Origin: Actinomycetes bacterium
Lineage (GTDB): Bacteria > Actinomycetota > Actinomycetes > DATJPE01
Assembly (NCBI GenBank): GCA_031430645.1
Contig: JANPBY010000027.1
Location: 3,985 to 67,984, forward strand
Length of the DNA stretch: 64,000 nt
Direction: 5' to 3'
The notes below the pieces were generated by a model that made no database searches, was not told the origin of the DNA, and saw only the letters and a program-made list of their open reading frames with translations. The translations under genes and the position numbers were made by a program. This document shows, piece by piece, positions 1-10,949 of the stretch (positions are counted from its first letter, which is position 1; the number at the start of each line of letters is the position of its first letter).

Positions 1-922
1 CCAGATTGTCGATGGCAATGGTGACGATCACCCGTCCGCTGTCGGCGTCGACCTCGGCCTGCAGGTGGGCGGCGTTGGTGCCGAGGGTGCTGCTCGTGCG
101 CGGCTGAACCCCCTCCGGCAGCACGTGCACGAACTGCTCATCGCCGTACGCCTTCGCCAGCGCCAGCCGAACGTCCTCTGCCGTCGTCAGAGGGCTGGTC
201 GGCCGTGCGGTCACCGTCGCGAGGATGCCGCGCAGCATCGGCGCGAGTATCGGTGTGAAGGACAGCGAGGTCGCTCCGCTCGCCTGCTTGATCTCGGGCA
301 CGTGCTGGTGGGCACCGACCTTGTAGGCCGTGAGCCCGCCTATGACCTCACTCGCCAGCAGGCTCGCCTTCAGTCCGCGGCCCGCGCCGGTGGTGCCGCT
401 CGACGCCACGACGACGACATCCTCTGGGCAGACCACGCCGCCAGCGACAAGCGGAGCGAGCGCCAAAGTGATCGCGACCGCGTAGCAACCGGTGTTGGCG
501 ACCCGGGTGGATTCGGCGATGCGGGTGCGCTGGCCCGGCAGCTCCGGGAGGCCGTACGTCCAGGTCCCGGCGTGTGGACCGCCGTAGTAGGCGGTCCACG
601 CATCCCCGTCCGCGAGTCGAAAATCCGCCCCAAGGTCCACGACGGGCAGCTCAGGCGGGAGCTGCGTGACCAGCGCAGCTGACTCCCCGTGCGGGAGGGC
701 CAGGAAGACCAGGTCGGCCTCGGCGAGCAGCGCCGGGTCTGTCGGGTTGAAGGCGCGGTCAGCGAGGGGGACTAACTGGGGGTGCACGGCGGTCACCGGC
801 TTGCCGGCGCTGGTCGAGGCGCAGACTGCCGCCAGCTCGAGATCGGGGTGGCCGAGGACAAGCCTCAGCAGTTCCCCACCCGCGTAGCCGCTGGCGCCCG
901 CGACCGCTACCCGAGGGGACAT
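1..922 (-). CDS. argC: N-acetyl-gamma-glutamyl-phosphate reductase, 3'-truncated at the window edge
   Basis: Minus-strand translation from the ATG near 922 reads MSPRVAVAGASGYAGGELLRLVLGHPDLELAAVCASTSAGK...ANTGCYAVAITLALAPL, which is the ArgC N-terminus and active-site Cys region. It is not in the ORF track because it runs off the window. The position downstream of pheST matches actinobacterial synteny. Confidence 0.8.
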   Translation of the reverse strand, partial: MSPRVAVAGASGYAGGELLRLVLGHPDLELAAVCASTSAGKPVTAVHPQLVPLADRAFNPTDPALLAEADLVFLALPHGESAALVTQLPPELPVVDLGADFRLADGDAWTAYYGGPHAGTWTYGLPELPGQRTRIAESTRVANTGCYAVAITLALAPLVAGGVVCPEDVVVVASSGTTGAGRGLKASLLASEVIGGLTAYKVGAHQHVPEIKQASGATSLSFTPILAPMLRGILATVTARPTSPLTTAEDVRLALAKAYGDEQFVHVLPEGVQPRTSSTLGTNAAHLQAEVDADSGRVIVTIAIDNL

Positions 923-995
923 AGTTCACGAATATACACTGACTGGTATCTATATGCGACCTGGTCGTGATCGCTCCCCGATGAAGAGCCAATCC

Positions 996-3506
996 TCAGG
1001 TGCGCTGGACAGCGCCCACGCGCCGTGCCGCTTCGGCCACGGCCGCATCCCGCGCCGCTGAGGCCTCCTCGACCGTGAGCGTACGGTTCGGGGCACGGAA
1101 GCGGAGCGCGTACGCCAACGACTTGCGTCCCGCGCCAAGCCGCTCGTCGCGGTAGACATCGAACAACCGCAGGGACTCGAGCAGCTCGCCGGCCCCGTCT
1201 CGCAGCGCATCCTCGACCGCGGAAGCCGTGACGTCCTCGTCGACCACCAGAGCAACATCCTCTTTGGCCATGGGGAACCCGGAAATGGTTGGTCCCACGT
1301 CGAGGTCCTCGGCGAAGCCGGCAAGGGTCATCAGGTCGATCTGGGCCGCCACCGTGCGCGCGGGCAGACCGAGCTCGGAGACGACACGAGGATGCAGCTC
1401 TCCGGCATAGCCGACGTGCAGCGGCTCCGCTCCAGTATCCACCAAGAGTTGTGCGCAGCGGCCCGGGTGCCAGGGAGCACGTTGCGCCTGCGCCACGATG
1501 AGGGGCGCGTCGATCGCGGCGGCGGCCTCACGGCATACCTGGATCACGTCGGCCCAGGTGGCTTCTCGCCCTGGTCCCCACCAACCGTCGGACTCGAGCT
1601 TGCCAGTCATGACGACAGCGACGTGAAACGGCTGATCGGGCAGGGCGTCGTCGAGCGCCTTGAGCTCTTCATCGGTAGGGCGTCGGTCGACGCCGGGACG
1701 AGGCACCGGGAGCGGGTGGCCTGGCTTGGGGTGGAACACCCGCCCGTGCTCGAAGAGCGCGAGGTCAGTGAAGCCGCGTCCCACGTTGCGCTTAGCTGTT
1801 GCGAGCAAGCCGGGCAGCAACGTGGTGCGCAGGAACGGTTCCTCATCGGAGATCGGGTTCGCAAGCCTGACCATGTCGCGCCGGGCGTCATCCGCGGGCA
1901 GCCCCAACGCGTCCAAGGCGGCGACACCGACGAAGGGGTAGCACCGGACTTCGGTGAGCCCGGCGGCTGCCAGGGCGCGGGAGATGAGCAGCCCATGCCG
2001 CTTGGTCGTGCCGAACCCGCGCCCGGCCGGTGTCGGGCGCAGAACTGACGGGACCCCGTCGTAGCCCTCCAGCCGTACGACCTCCTCGGCGAGGTCGTTG
2101 GGGTCCGTCAGGTCGGGCCGCCAGGACGGCGGCGTCACCACGATGCGCCCTTCGACGTCAGGCCCGGCGACCTCGCAGCCGACGTCGCGCAGTCGGCGCA
2201 CGACGACGTCCGGGGAGTAGTCGACGCCTGCCACGCACCCGGGGTGGTCGACGGGGATCGTGAGCGAGGACCTGGCTGGCCGCTCGTCGACCTCCGAGGC
2301 ACCGACGTACGTCGCTCCGCCCAGCTCGACGAGCAGCGCGCAGGCCCGCGCCGAGGCGACCGGCTGCAGGGAGGAATCGACGCCGCGCTCGAATCGGCGG
2401 GAAGCCTCCGACGACAGCTTGTGCCGCCGTGACTGACGGGCCACCGTGACGGCATCGAAGTGGGCTGCCTCGATGACCAGGTCAGTGCTGGCCGCGGAGA
2501 TCTCCGTGCTCGCACCGCCCATCGTCCCGGCCAGCGCGATCGGTCCGGAGGAGTCGGCGATGAGCAGGTCCTCAGGATCGAGGACCCGATCGGCCCCATC
2601 TAGGGTCAGGAGCCGCTCCCCTGCGAGCGCGCGCCGGACGACGACCGGACCGGACAACCGGGACTCGTCGAAGGCGTGCAGCGGCTGGCCGAGTTCGAGC
2701 ATGACGTAGTTGGTGATGTCGACGGCGAGACTGATGGGGCGCATCCCGGCGAGGTGAAGGCGACTGCTCAGCCATAGTGGGCTCGAGGCAGCCGGGTCGA
2801 ACCCGGTCACGCGGCGGAGCACGATCCGGTCGGCTCCTGTGGGGTCCCCGATGGAGACCGGGTGCCCGGGCAAGCTGTCGTCCGTTGGGAGCGGGAAGTT
2901 GGCGGGGTCGCGCAGCGGGACGTCGTACGCCGTTGCCGCCTCGCGGGCGATGCCTCGGACGGATAGCGCGTAGCCACGGTCCGGCGTGACCGCGATGTCC
3001 AGGACGGACTCAGGCAGCCCGAGTAGTGGCTTCGCGTCGGCGCCGGGTTCTGCGCCGGCGGCCAGGTCCGCCGGCAGGACGTAGATCCCGGAGTGGTCTT
3101 CGCCGAGGTCGAGCTCCTTGAGCGAACAGATCATGCCGTCGCTCACGTGGCCATAGGTCTTGCGCGCAGAGATCGCAAAGCCGCCGGGAAGCACCGCTCC
3201 GGGGAGCGCCACGACCACGAGGTCGCCGGTCGCGAAGTTGTGCGCACCGCAGACGATGCCGCGCGCACCACCCTCGGCGTTGTGCTCGCCGACGTCGACC
3301 TGGCACCAGCGGATCGTCTTGCCGTTGGACTGCGGCTCGTCGGCCGTGTCCAGCACCCGCCCGACGACCAGTGGACCGGGGACGTCGACCTCGTCGACGG
3401 TCTCGACTTCGAGGCCCGCTCGGACGAGGCGGGCAGCGACATCGCGGCCGGTCTCGCCGACCGGCAGGTCGACGTACTCACGCAACCATCGCAACGGGAC
3501 GCGCAT
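996..3506 (-). CDS. pheT: phenylalanine--tRNA ligase beta subunit
   Basis: The ORF 996..3728 is trimmed to the internal start [15 protein letters not shown], the conserved PheT N-terminus. The rest is full-length B3/4 and tRNA-binding domain sequence. The start overlaps the pheS stop (TGATG). Confidence 0.9.
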   Translation of the reverse strand: MRVPLRWLREYVDLPVGETGRDVAARLVRAGLEVETVDEVDVPGPLVVGRVLDTADEPQSNGKTIRWCQVDVGEHNAEGGARGIVCGAHNFATGDLVVVALPGAVLPGGFAISARKTYGHVSDGMICSLKELDLGEDHSGIYVLPADLAAGAEPGADAKPLLGLPESVLDIAVTPDRGYALSVRGIAREAATAYDVPLRDPANFPLPTDDSLPGHPVSIGDPTGADRIVLRRVTGFDPAASSPLWLSSRLHLAGMRPISLAVDITNYVMLELGQPLHAFDESRLSGPVVVRRALAGERLLTLDGADRVLDPEDLLIADSSGPIALAGTMGGASTEISAASTDLVIEAAHFDAVTVARQSRRHKLSSEASRRFERGVDSSLQPVASARACALLVELGGATYVGASEVDERPARSSLTIPVDHPGCVAGVDYSPDVVVRRLRDVGCEVAGPDVEGRIVVTPPSWRPDLTDPNDLAEEVVRLEGYDGVPSVLRPTPAGRGFGTTKRHGLLISRALAAAGLTEVRCYPFVGVAALDALGLPADDARRDMVRLANPISDEEPFLRTTLLPGLLATAKRNVGRGFTDLALFEHGRVFHPKPGHPLPVPRPGVDRRPTDEELKALDDALPDQPFHVAVVMTGKLESDGWWGPGREATWADVIQVCREAAAAIDAPLIVAQAQRAPWHPGRCAQLLVDTGAEPLHVGYAGELHPRVVSELGLPARTVAAQIDLMTLAGFAEDLDVGPTISGFPMAKEDVALVVDEDVTASAVEDALRDGAGELLESLRLFDVYRDERLGAGRKSLAYALRFRAPNRTLTVEEASAARDAAVAEAARRVGAVQRT

Positions 3507-4615
3507 CAGACCTCCATGCCGAAGGCCTGGGTGAAGCGGACGTCGCCCTCCACCATGTCGCGCATGTCGCGCACGTCGTGCCGGAACATCAGCGTGCGCT
3601 CGATGCCCATGCCGAAGGCGAAACCGCTGTAACGGTCGGGGTCGATGCCGCAGGCGACCAGCACGCGCGGGTTGACCACCCCGCAGCCGCCCCACTCGAT
3701 CCAGCCCTCGCTGGAGCAGGTACGACACGGGTTTGCGGGGTCACCGACAGAGGCGCCGCGGCACACGAAGCACTCGAGGTCGACCTCGGCGCTCGGCTCG
3801 GTGAAGGGGAAGTACGACGGGCGTAGCCGCGTGACGATGCCCTCGCCAAACATCGAGGCGGCGAAGTGATCGAGGGTGCCCTTGAGGTCGGCCATCGTGA
3901 TGCCCTCGTCGACGACCAACCCCTCGACCTGGCCGAAGACCGGGGTGTGGGTGGCATCGAGCTCATCGGTGCGGAACACCCGCCCCGGGCAAATCATGTA
4001 GATCGGGGGTTCCTGGGTGAGCATGGTGCGGATCTGAACCGGCGAGGTCTGGGTGCGCAAGACGAGGCCGGAGTCGGCGGACTCGACGAAGAACGTGTCC
4101 TGCATGGTCCGTGCCGGGTGGTCAGGCGGGATGTTGAGAGCATCGAAGTTGAGCCACTCCGCCTCGACCTCGGGGCCGTCGACGATGTCGTAGCCCATGG
4201 CGGCGAACACCTCGCCGATGCGTTCGGTCAGCGTGGTCAGCGGATGCCGCGCTCCCTGGAGCCGGCGATCGTGCGGGAGCGTGACATCGACGGCCTCCTC
4301 AACCAGCACCCGCTCGTCACGCTCCGCTTCGAGCTCGGTCTGGCGGGCTTCAAGCGCAGCGCGTACGACCTGCCGGGCCTCCCCCACCCGCTTGCCAGCT
4401 TCGGCCTTCGCTTGTGGGGGCAGCGCGCCGATCTCCCGGTTGGCCAGCGCGAGCGGGCTTCGGTCGCCAGCGTGGGCGAGCCGCGCCGCCTTGAGCTGGT
4501 CGAGGTCGGTGGCGGCCGCGAACGCTGCGAGCGCCTCGTCTCGGACACGCGCCACCTCGTCGGGGTGAAGCGGGGTCACCTCGACGGGGTCGAAGCTCTT
4601 GTTGGGTGCGGACAC
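3506..4615 (-). CDS. pheS: phenylalanine--tRNA ligase alpha subunit
   Basis: 369 aa with class II aaRS motifs ([36 protein letters not shown]). It lies directly upstream of pheT. Confidence 0.9.
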   Translation of the reverse strand: MSAPNKSFDPVEVTPLHPDEVARVRDEALAAFAAATDLDQLKAARLAHAGDRSPLALANREIGALPPQAKAEAGKRVGEARQVVRAALEARQTELEAERDERVLVEEAVDVTLPHDRRLQGARHPLTTLTERIGEVFAAMGYDIVDGPEVEAEWLNFDALNIPPDHPARTMQDTFFVESADSGLVLRTQTSPVQIRTMLTQEPPIYMICPGRVFRTDELDATHTPVFGQVEGLVVDEGITMADLKGTLDHFAASMFGEGIVTRLRPSYFPFTEPSAEVDLECFVCRGASVGDPANPCRTCSSEGWIEWGGCGVVNPRVLVACGIDPDRYSGFAFGMGIERTLMFRHDVRDMRDMVEGDVRFTQAFGMEV

Positions 4616-4663
4616 AACCCAGAACTCTACTGAGCCAGCGTCCGTTCCTCCGACCTGATTCTT

Positions 4664-5422
4664 CTAGGCCTCGGACATGACCTCGGGGGTCGACGGTTCG
4701 TTGGCCGCCGCGGCGCGTTCGGCGAGGATGCGGTCGACCTCATCGAGCTCGTGCTGTGGGACGGCGGGGCTGTCGATGCGCGACACGCCGTTGTACTTCT
4801 CGAGGTATGCGCCGAGCTCGGGACCGGACTCCCAGGAGGTGATCAGGCAGTACCTCGGCTCTGCGCCCGGGTGATAGACAGCGTGATAGAGCCGCTGGGT
4901 GTCCACGATGACCTGGGCGCCCGCAGGGAGCGGGATCCGAGACTCCGTGGAAGGGTCGTCCTTGACCTCGCGCAGCACCATGACCGAGTCGGGGTTGTCG
5001 GTCAGGTTGAAGAACCCACGGACGATCCAGCCGGTGCCCTCGGGGTTCAGCCGGTTGTTGTCGTCGATGTGCAGGTTGCGCGTGACGGTCTCGGCGTAGG
5101 TGTTCGGCTGCAGCTCGATGACCCGGCAGCGGCCGATGTTGGCGCCCGGCTCCTCGGCGCGGGCCTTCAGGCGGGGCGCCTTCTCGACGTTGGCCTCGAC
5201 CCAGACGCCGTCCTTGTCGGTCTTGGGCGGGTCGTGGTGCCAGAACCCGTTGCACTCCATGTCGCCGTACGCGCTGGCCAGCGGCGCGAAGCGCGTGTCG
5301 CCGGACGACTTCCAGTCGACGAAGTGGATGTCCTTCCACTCGGCCGGGTCCTGCGACTGGTCATAGCGGTCCAGGACGACGTAGCCGGTCTCCTCGAACT
5401 GCTCCAACTTGGTGTAACTCAC
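4664..5422 (-). CDS. hypothetical protein, possible Fe(II)/2OG-dioxygenase-like (cupin) fold
   Basis: A 252-aa ORF with balanced amino-acid composition and high GC3, unlike the V/L/G/R-rich antisense ORF at 4751..5530. It contains an HxD-like motif (WHHDPP) and a distal His (YHAVYHPG), but I do not recognise the family. It is only 48 nt upstream of pheS on the same strand. Confidence 0.55.
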   Translation of the reverse strand: MSYTKLEQFEETGYVVLDRYDQSQDPAEWKDIHFVDWKSSGDTRFAPLASAYGDMECNGFWHHDPPKTDKDGVWVEANVEKAPRLKARAEEPGANIGRCRVIELQPNTYAETVTRNLHIDDNNRLNPEGTGWIVRGFFNLTDNPDSVMVLREVKDDPSTESRIPLPAGAQVIVDTQRLYHAVYHPGAEPRYCLITSWESGPELGAYLEKYNGVSRIDSPAVPQHELDEVDRILAERAAAANEPSTPEVMSEA

Positions 5423-5514
5423 AGGGTCCTCCTTGGCCTACGGGGCGTCCGTCCAATCGTCTCGCGGCGTCACGCCAAGGCCAAGCCGACTCGGCGAGCG
5501 CAACTCGATGAGTG

Positions 5515-5539
5515 CCCAAAACCCCGCTAAGTAGCGGGG
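5515..5539 (-). terminator. intrinsic terminator downstream of trmH
   Basis: On the minus strand the sequence reads CCCCGCT-ACTT-AGCGGGG followed by TTTTGGG. That is a perfect 7-bp GC stem with a U-tract, about 20 nt after the trmH stop. Confidence 0.55.
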
Positions 5540-5558
5540 CAAGGGGTCCTTGCACCCA

Positions 5559-6395
5559 CTACCGGTGGGCGCGGGCGCTGGCGTAGAGACAGACGGCGGC
5601 GGCGGTTGCCAGGTTGAGGGATTCGGCCCGGCCGTGGATGGGGACGCGGACCACCGCGTCGCACAGAGCCCTTGTCTCCGCAGGCAGGCCCCAGGCTTCG
5701 TTTCCGAAGACCCAGGCGGTTGGTGCCGACAGGGCGCCGGAGTCGACCTCTTCGTCGAGATCGCGCTCCCCCGCCCCGTCAGCGGCCACGATCCGCAAGC
5801 CGGCAGCCCGCAAGTCCGTCACGGTCTGCGCGATCTCCGCCCCAAGGACCAGCGGCACGTGAAATAGGGACCCGGCCGTCGCACGCACGACCTTGCCGTT
5901 GTAGGGATCCACCGAAGCTTCGGAGAGCACCAGCCCGTCCGCCCCGGCCGCGTCAGCGACTCGCACGACCGCTCCTGCGTTGCCGGGGTCGCGGACGTGC
6001 GCCAGAACGGCAACCAACGAGGGAGTACGGCTCCGCCCGAGTGAATCGTTCAGGAAGTCAGCGAGCGTCACGTCGACGAACCCACACACGGCCACAATTC
6101 CCTGTGGCGTCACGGTTTGGGCCAGCTCGGCGAGCACCACGGCCCCGACATGGTCCACCTCGACACCCAGCGCCCGGGCTGCGGCGAGCAGCTCGGGGTG
6201 ACGGGCCTCGGCGTCGCCGGTGACAAAGACCTGGCGGATGAGGCCGGGACGCTCTGCAGCGAGCCCGAGCGCCTCGCGTACGGCCTGCGGGCCTTCGACA
6301 AGGAATTCGTGCGCCTCGGCTCGGAAGGCCCGCTTGAGAAGCCGACGGGCCGCCGTCACACGCTTGTTGCGCGGTGACAGCGGCCCGACAGACAT
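5559..6395 (-). CDS. TrmH/SpoU-family 23S rRNA 2'-O-methyltransferase
   Basis: 278 aa. The C-terminal SPOUT motifs are present (VFGNEAWGL, RVPIHGRAESLNLATAAAVCLY). It sits in the conserved position downstream of rplT. Confidence 0.8.
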   Translation of the reverse strand: MSVGPLSPRNKRVTAARRLLKRAFRAEAHEFLVEGPQAVREALGLAAERPGLIRQVFVTGDAEARHPELLAAARALGVEVDHVGAVVLAELAQTVTPQGIVAVCGFVDVTLADFLNDSLGRSRTPSLVAVLAHVRDPGNAGAVVRVADAAGADGLVLSEASVDPYNGKVVRATAGSLFHVPLVLGAEIAQTVTDLRAAGLRIVAADGAGERDLDEEVDSGALSAPTAWVFGNEAWGLPAETRALCDAVVRVPIHGRAESLNLATAAAVCLYASARAHR

Positions 6396-6426
6396 GCCGA
6401 GAATCTAGGCGCTAGCGAAACAGGGG

Positions 6427-6807
6427 TCAGGCGGCTGGTGCGTTGACGTCGGACGGAAGGGCCGCCTTGGCCCGCTCGACCAACGTGGTGAACGCTGCCG
6501 GGTCATTGACCGCAAGCTCGGCGAGCATGCGCCTGTCCACCTCGATGTCGGCAGCCTTGAGGCCCTGGATCAGCCGGTTGTAGGTCAGGCCATTTGCGCG
6601 GGAGGCCGCGTTGATGCGCTGGATCCAGAGCTGACGGAAGTCGCCCTTGCGCTTCTTGCGGTCACCGTAGGAGTAGACGAGTGAGTGAGTGACCTGCTCT
6701 TTCGCCTTGCGGTACAGCCGCGAACGCTGACCGCGGTAGCCGCTCGCCCGCTCAAGGGTGACCCGGCGCTTCTTGTGGGCGTTGACCGCCCGCTTGACGC
6801 GTGCCAT
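6427..6807 (-). CDS. rplT: 50S ribosomal protein L20
   Basis: [39 protein letters not shown] is the canonical L20 N-terminus. Confidence 0.95.
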   Translation of the reverse strand: MARVKRAVNAHKKRRVTLERASGYRGQRSRLYRKAKEQVTHSLVYSYGDRKKRKGDFRQLWIQRINAASRANGLTYNRLIQGLKAADIEVDRRMLAELAVNDPAAFTTLVERAKAALPSDVNAPAA

Positions 6808-6840
6808 GACAGTGCTCCTGAAAGATGTGAGGGACGAGGG

Positions 6841-7035
6841 TCAGATGCCGAGGAGGCGCTTGATCCGCTTGGTGTCAGCGGGGGCAACATTGACGTCGCC
6901 CGCGAGGCGTCGCTTGCGCCGTGAGGACTTGTACTCGAGCAAGTGTCGAGCGTTGGCCTGCTCACGCATGAGCTTGCCGGACCCTGTCACGCGAAAGCGC
7001 TTCTTGGTCCCGCTGTGGGTCTTGTTTTTCGGCAT
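6841..7035 (-). CDS. rpmI: 50S ribosomal protein L35
   Basis: 64 aa, [25 protein letters not shown], a canonical L35. Confidence 0.95.
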   Translation of the reverse strand: MPKNKTHSGTKKRFRVTGSGKLMREQANARHLLEYKSSRRKRRLAGDVNVAPADTKRIKRLLGI

Positions 7036-7055
7036 GGCGCCTGTCGTCCTTCCGG

Positions 7056-7709
7056 TCAGGCCTCGACGGCTGTGCCGTCGATGACCTCGTCAACTGTCGC
7101 TATCGGTGCGGTGGCGGCGCTGGGTACGGCTTCTTCGGCTGACTCGTCCACGCGCCGCGCGGCTTTGCCTGCCTTGGCCTCAGCCATCGCTTCGGCCTTC
7201 TTCTTATAGGGGCCAAGCACCATGATCATGTTGCGGCCGTCCTGTTTCGGTGCGAACTCGACGAAGCCGAGTTCCTGGACGTCCTCCGCCATGCGCTGCA
7301 GGAGTCGGTACCCCAGCTCGGGTCGACTCTGTTCACGCCCTCGGAACATGATCGTGATCTTGACCTTGTCACCAGCCTTGAGGAACCGGATGACGTGACC
7401 CTTCTTGGTCTCGTAGTCATGCGGGTCGATCTTCGGCCGGAGCTTCATTTCCTTGATGACCGTGTTGACCTGGTTCTTGCGGGACTCGCGGGCCTTTTGC
7501 GCGTTTTCGTACTTGAACTTGCCGTAGTCCATGAGCTTGCACACCGGCGGGCGCTCCATGGGAGCTACCTCGACCAAGTCGAGATCGCTCTCCTGGGCCA
7601 GCTCGAGTGCCTTTTCGATGCGGACGATGCCGACCTGCTCGCCGTTCGGACCGACCAGCCGCACCTCTGGGACGCGGATCCGATCGTTGATACGGGGTTC
7701 GACGCTGAT
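7056..7709 (-). CDS. infC: translation initiation factor IF-3, probable AUC start
   Basis: The ORF reads ...[29 protein letters not shown], the IF3 N- and C-domains. The listed ORF begins at an upstream in-frame GTG at 7733. The conserved N-terminus begins at an ATC codon (about 7707-7709) that follows GAGGAGG by 4 nt. Confidence 0.85.
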   Translation of the reverse strand: MSVEPRINDRIRVPEVRLVGPNGEQVGIVRIEKALELAQESDLDLVEVAPMERPPVCKLMDYGKFKYENAQKARESRKNQVNTVIKEMKLRPKIDPHDYETKKGHVIRFLKAGDKVKITIMFRGREQSRPELGYRLLQRMAEDVQELGFVEFAPKQDGRNMIMVLGPYKKKAEAMAEAKAGKAARRVDESAEEAVPSAATAPIATVDEVIDGTAVEA

Positions 7710-8011
7710 GGGGCCTCCTCGGTCGTGGTTCACGGGCGAAACCGCTCAGGAGCAAGAGAAAGGCCCTCGCGCCTGACGCAGCGAGGGCCCACACGACCGG
7801 GCAAGGACACAAGCTGAGCTGGGGCGCGCAGCCGACATCCATGCAGGTTCGCCCCCGAAGAGGCGGACCGACCGGACCCACCAGCCTGGTGGTGCAACGG
7901 CTGGCAGGTGGGAGGTGGACCTCCACTTGCTGACCCGACCTCGCGAACGAGGGCGAATCGGTCGTACGAGAGACTACGGCAGGGAACCGTCGGCGGCCAA
8001 ACTGCGCCGGA

Positions 8012-8794
8012 TCAAGCCCCCATCGCGTCTTCGCCTGAAGGGTCGGCTTCGCCGCTGTCCTTGCCCACGACGGTATAGATCAGCGCACCGAGGCAACCGC
8101 CGAGGATCGGGGCCACCCAGAACAACCACAGCTGGCCAAGCGCCCATCCCTCGCCGTTCACCGCCAACGCGAGAGCAGGGCCGGTCGATCGCGCCGGGTT
8201 CACCGACGTGTTGGTGACCGGAATGCTGATGAGGTGGATCAGAGTAAGCGTGAGGCCGATCGACAGAGCAGCAAACCCCGGCGCCGCCAACTTGTCGGTG
8301 ACACCCATGATCACCAGAAGGAACACCGCGGTCAGGATGACCTCGATGAGAAAGCCTGCGAGCAGGGCGTACTGGCCTGGTGAGTGATCGCCGAAGCCGT
8401 TCGCCGCGAACCCACCCGCGGCGAGCGCGTCCGCGGTGCTGCCCTTCTTGTTGATGGCGATGACCCACAAGGTGGCCGATGCGGTGATCGCAGCAAGAAC
8501 CTGGACGACGACGTAGGGCGCAACGTCCTTCCACGGGAACCGCTTTGAGGCGGCCAGCCCGATGGAGATCGCCGGGTTGAAGTGGCCACCCGAGATCGGG
8601 CCTAAGGCGTAGGCCCCCGCCACCACGGTCAGGCCGAAAGCCAGGGAGACACCGAGGAATCCAATGCCGAGCCCAGTCGCCTCGGAACTGACGGGGTCGA
8701 TGAATTGGGCGGCGAGCACGGCTGCACCAGTGCCGCCGAAGACGAGCAGAAAGGTGCCGATGAACTCGGCACCGAGTCGCGATCCGAGCTTCAT
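8012..8794 (-). CDS. aqpZ: aquaporin Z (MIP family water channel)
   Basis: Trimmed to [15 protein letters not shown] with GGAGAA upstream. Two NPA boxes are present (HFNPAIS and NPARS). The 73-aa N-terminal extension in the ORF track has no MIP homology. Confidence 0.9.
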   Translation of the reverse strand: MKLGSRLGAEFIGTFLLVFGGTGAAVLAAQFIDPVSSEATGLGIGFLGVSLAFGLTVVAGAYALGPISGGHFNPAISIGLAASKRFPWKDVAPYVVVQVLAAITASATLWVIAINKKGSTADALAAGGFAANGFGDHSPGQYALLAGFLIEVILTAVFLLVIMGVTDKLAAPGFAALSIGLTLTLIHLISIPVTNTSVNPARSTGPALALAVNGEGWALGQLWLFWVAPILGGCLGALIYTVVGKDSGEADPSGEDAMGA

Positions 8795-8882
8795 CTCGTT
8801 CTCCTCAACGTGTGTGATCGGCGCCCATCCTGGCGAATTCCCGTGCCTGTCGCGAACCGGCGACCGTGTTCGGCGTGTCGAA

Positions 8883-9680
8883 TCATTCCGCGATCGCACG
8901 CTCGACGACGAGATCCCATCCACGTGGTGATCGGCTGCCGACGACGACATCACTCCTGAGTGCAGCCGCGAGACCGCGAGCAACTTCGGCTGCGTCCTCA
9001 TCGGTGACATCACTCGCGACCGTCAAACGGACCACGAGGTCAATCGAGTCCCCCGGCTCGAGGACGACCTGGTCGCCTCGGAGACCCAAAGCCGTGACGG
9101 CGGCATAGACGGCTGCACTGGTCTCCGGGTCCATTGTGGACGGCTCAGGCATCCGACCGTTGGCGAGCGCCAGCAGGAAGGCTCCGTCCAAGACGACCCG
9201 GGCCGGGCCGGCTGCGTCAATCAGCAAGGTGTCTGCCCCCTCGTCGAAGGCCGCCCGCGCAGCAAGCACCCCGGCTACGGGAACTGGGCGGGCGTCATGC
9301 TTCCAAAGGTCCAACGCGTCGGTCGACGAAAAGACGGGCAGCGCCAGCCGCCCGCTCGGCGCCCGAACCGTGACCACGGCCATGTCTGCGGTCTTGTCAC
9401 GAACAAGGCCGTCTGCGCCGACCTCGACCTCGCCCAGGACCGGGACGACCGGAACAAGCACCCGCGAGGAAAGCAACGCCGCGACAACTGCCCGCCGACC
9501 GCCGGCGACGAGCGCCGCGGTCAGCTCGGTCGGAGCAGCCCCGTCATCACCGGCGAACCCTGGATCCGGCAAGGTTCGCCCGGCATAGGGCTCCTCGACC
9601 GGGCTCACAGACTCAGGGACTACAGATTCTTTGACCACAGATGCTGAGAGTAGCCAAGGGGCTTGGGCCAGGAACCCCAC
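8883..9680 (-). CDS. SseB-family protein
   Basis: 265 aa. The composition and motifs ([15 protein letters not shown], a C-terminal acidic region) resemble actinobacterial SseB-family proteins. The family assignment is from memory and the start codon is uncertain. Confidence 0.45.
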   Translation of the reverse strand: MGFLAQAPWLLSASVVKESVVPESVSPVEEPYAGRTLPDPGFAGDDGAAPTELTAALVAGGRRAVVAALLSSRVLVPVVPVLGEVEVGADGLVRDKTADMAVVTVRAPSGRLALPVFSSTDALDLWKHDARPVPVAGVLAARAAFDEGADTLLIDAAGPARVVLDGAFLLALANGRMPEPSTMDPETSAAVYAAVTALGLRGDQVVLEPGDSIDLVVRLTVASDVTDEDAAEVARGLAAALRSDVVVGSRSPRGWDLVVERAIAE

Positions 9681-9702
9681 GTTCGGGGCCTAGCCTCGGA
9701 GA

Positions 9703-10899
9703 GTGACCGCACCGCTCGGAGCAGACGCAACTGCCGCCCGACCCGCACCGTCGGTCGGGCTGCTCACCCTTGGTGTGGTCGCCGTCGCGCTCAACCTGCG
9801 CACCCCGATCACCTCGGTGCCTCCCCTCATCGGCCAGATCCAAGCCGACCTCGGGCTGAGTGGGGCAGCGGCCGGGGCCCTGACGACCTTGCCGCTGCTC
9901 TGCATGGGCTTTTTCGCCCCACCAGCCCAACGGCTGGCGGCGCGCATCGGTCGGGAACGCGCGGTGGCCGTCGCGTTGATGTGCATCGTGATCGGGCTTC
10001 TGATGCGGATTGGAGGGGCTTCGGTCCCCCTGCTCTATTTCAGCGTGGTCGTAGCCGGTGCTGGAATCGCTACCGCGGGCACGGTTCTGCCGGGCATCGT
10101 CAAGGAGTTCTTCGCCGACCGAGCTGGGACCATGACCGGCGTCTACATGGCCTCGATGATGGCCGGTGCGACGGCGGCCGCTGCGCTCGCTGTCCCGCTC
10201 GCCAACGTGCTTGGATCTTGGGAGCGGTCCCTCGCTTCCTGGTCCGCGCTCGCCGCAGCCGGCCTAGTTGTCTGGCGCCTTGTGGCCCGCGGCACCCCCG
10301 GCGGTACGACCTCAGCAGCCCACGTGCGACTGCCCTGGCGCGACCGGACTGCGTGGATCGTTGCGACCTACCTCAGCCTCAACTCCTTCGTCTTTTACAG
10401 CCTGCTCGCCTGGGTCGCCCCCTTGTACGAAGAACGAGGCGACTCGGCTACCCAGGCGGGACTGCTGCTCGCCGTCTTGAACCTGGTCCAGCTGGTCGCT
10501 GCCCTCGTCGTCCCGGCCGTCGCCGATCTGCGAGCCGACCGCCGCCTCGTGTTCGCGGCAACGGTCGGGGCTGCTGTGCTCGGGCTGGCCTGGCTGCTCA
10601 TCGCTCCAGGTTCGGCGCCCGTTGCGATCGTCGCGCTGCTCGGCCTCGGCCTGGGCGCCGGCTTCACTCTGGGCCTGGTCCTGCTCGTCGACTACGCGCC
10701 GAACCCTGCGGCCTCGGCTCGTCTGTCGGCCCACGCCTTTCTGGTGTCCTACGTCATTGCCGCCTTCGGCCCCGTCGTCTCCGGTGCGCTTCGCGACGCG
10801 ACCGGCAGTTTCACTGCGATGCTGGTGATGCTCCTTATGGCGGCTGGCGCACAGCTGCTCTTGGTCCCCAGGCTGCGTCCGGGCCGTCAGGTTCACTGA
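9703..10899 (+). CDS. MFS transporter, CynX/cyanate-permease-like
   Basis: 398 aa with 12 predicted TM helices. The N-terminal signature LNLRTPITSVPPLIGQIQADLGLS is typical of the CynX/NimT MFS subfamily. The overlapping ORFs 9663..10931(+) and 10312..10914(-) are composition artefacts. Confidence 0.8.
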   Translation: MTAPLGADATAARPAPSVGLLTLGVVAVALNLRTPITSVPPLIGQIQADLGLSGAAAGALTTLPLLCMGFFAPPAQRLAARIGRERAVAVALMCIVIGLLMRIGGASVPLLYFSVVVAGAGIATAGTVLPGIVKEFFADRAGTMTGVYMASMMAGATAAAALAVPLANVLGSWERSLASWSALAAAGLVVWRLVARGTPGGTTSAAHVRLPWRDRTAWIVATYLSLNSFVFYSLLAWVAPLYEERGDSATQAGLLLAVLNLVQLVAALVVPAVADLRADRRLVFAATVGAAVLGLAWLLIAPGSAPVAIVALLGLGLGAGFTLGLVLLVDYAPNPAASARLSAHAFLVSYVIAAFGPVVSGALRDATGSFTAMLVMLLMAAGAQLLLVPRLRPGRQVH

Positions 10900-10949
10900 C
10901 CGCCGGTCTACCAACCCGAGAGTCCGGCTGACCCCTAGATTGACCGGGT

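Noticed and set aside
65-682. 205-aa plus-strand ORF at the window start
   Set aside because: It is antisense to the argC reading frame, which has clear ArgC homology. Its composition is Arg/Ala/Gly-rich, typical of out-of-frame ORFs in 70% GC DNA.
4751-5530. 259-aa plus ORF antisense to the 252-aa hypothetical gene
   Set aside because: It is V/L/G/R/D-dominated with no aromatic residues. The minus frame has balanced composition and high GC3, so only the minus frame was kept.
8795-9013. N-terminal extensions in the ORF track for aqpZ (73 aa), hisG (45 aa), ribBA (44 aa), trpC (76 aa), the HK (130 aa), CD225 (113 aa), SCO (about 60 aa) and the Pro-rich protein (109 aa)
   Set aside because: The extensions lack homology, are Arg/Ser/Gly-rich and often overlap the upstream gene. 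Internal starts restore canonical N-termini and tight gene junctions.
9663-10931. 422-aa plus ORF and a 200-aa minus ORF (10312..10914) overlapping the MFS transporter gene
   Set aside because: Both are alternative or antisense frames of a gene with an obvious 12-TM MFS product. They are extremely Arg/Pro/Gly-rich with low GC3.
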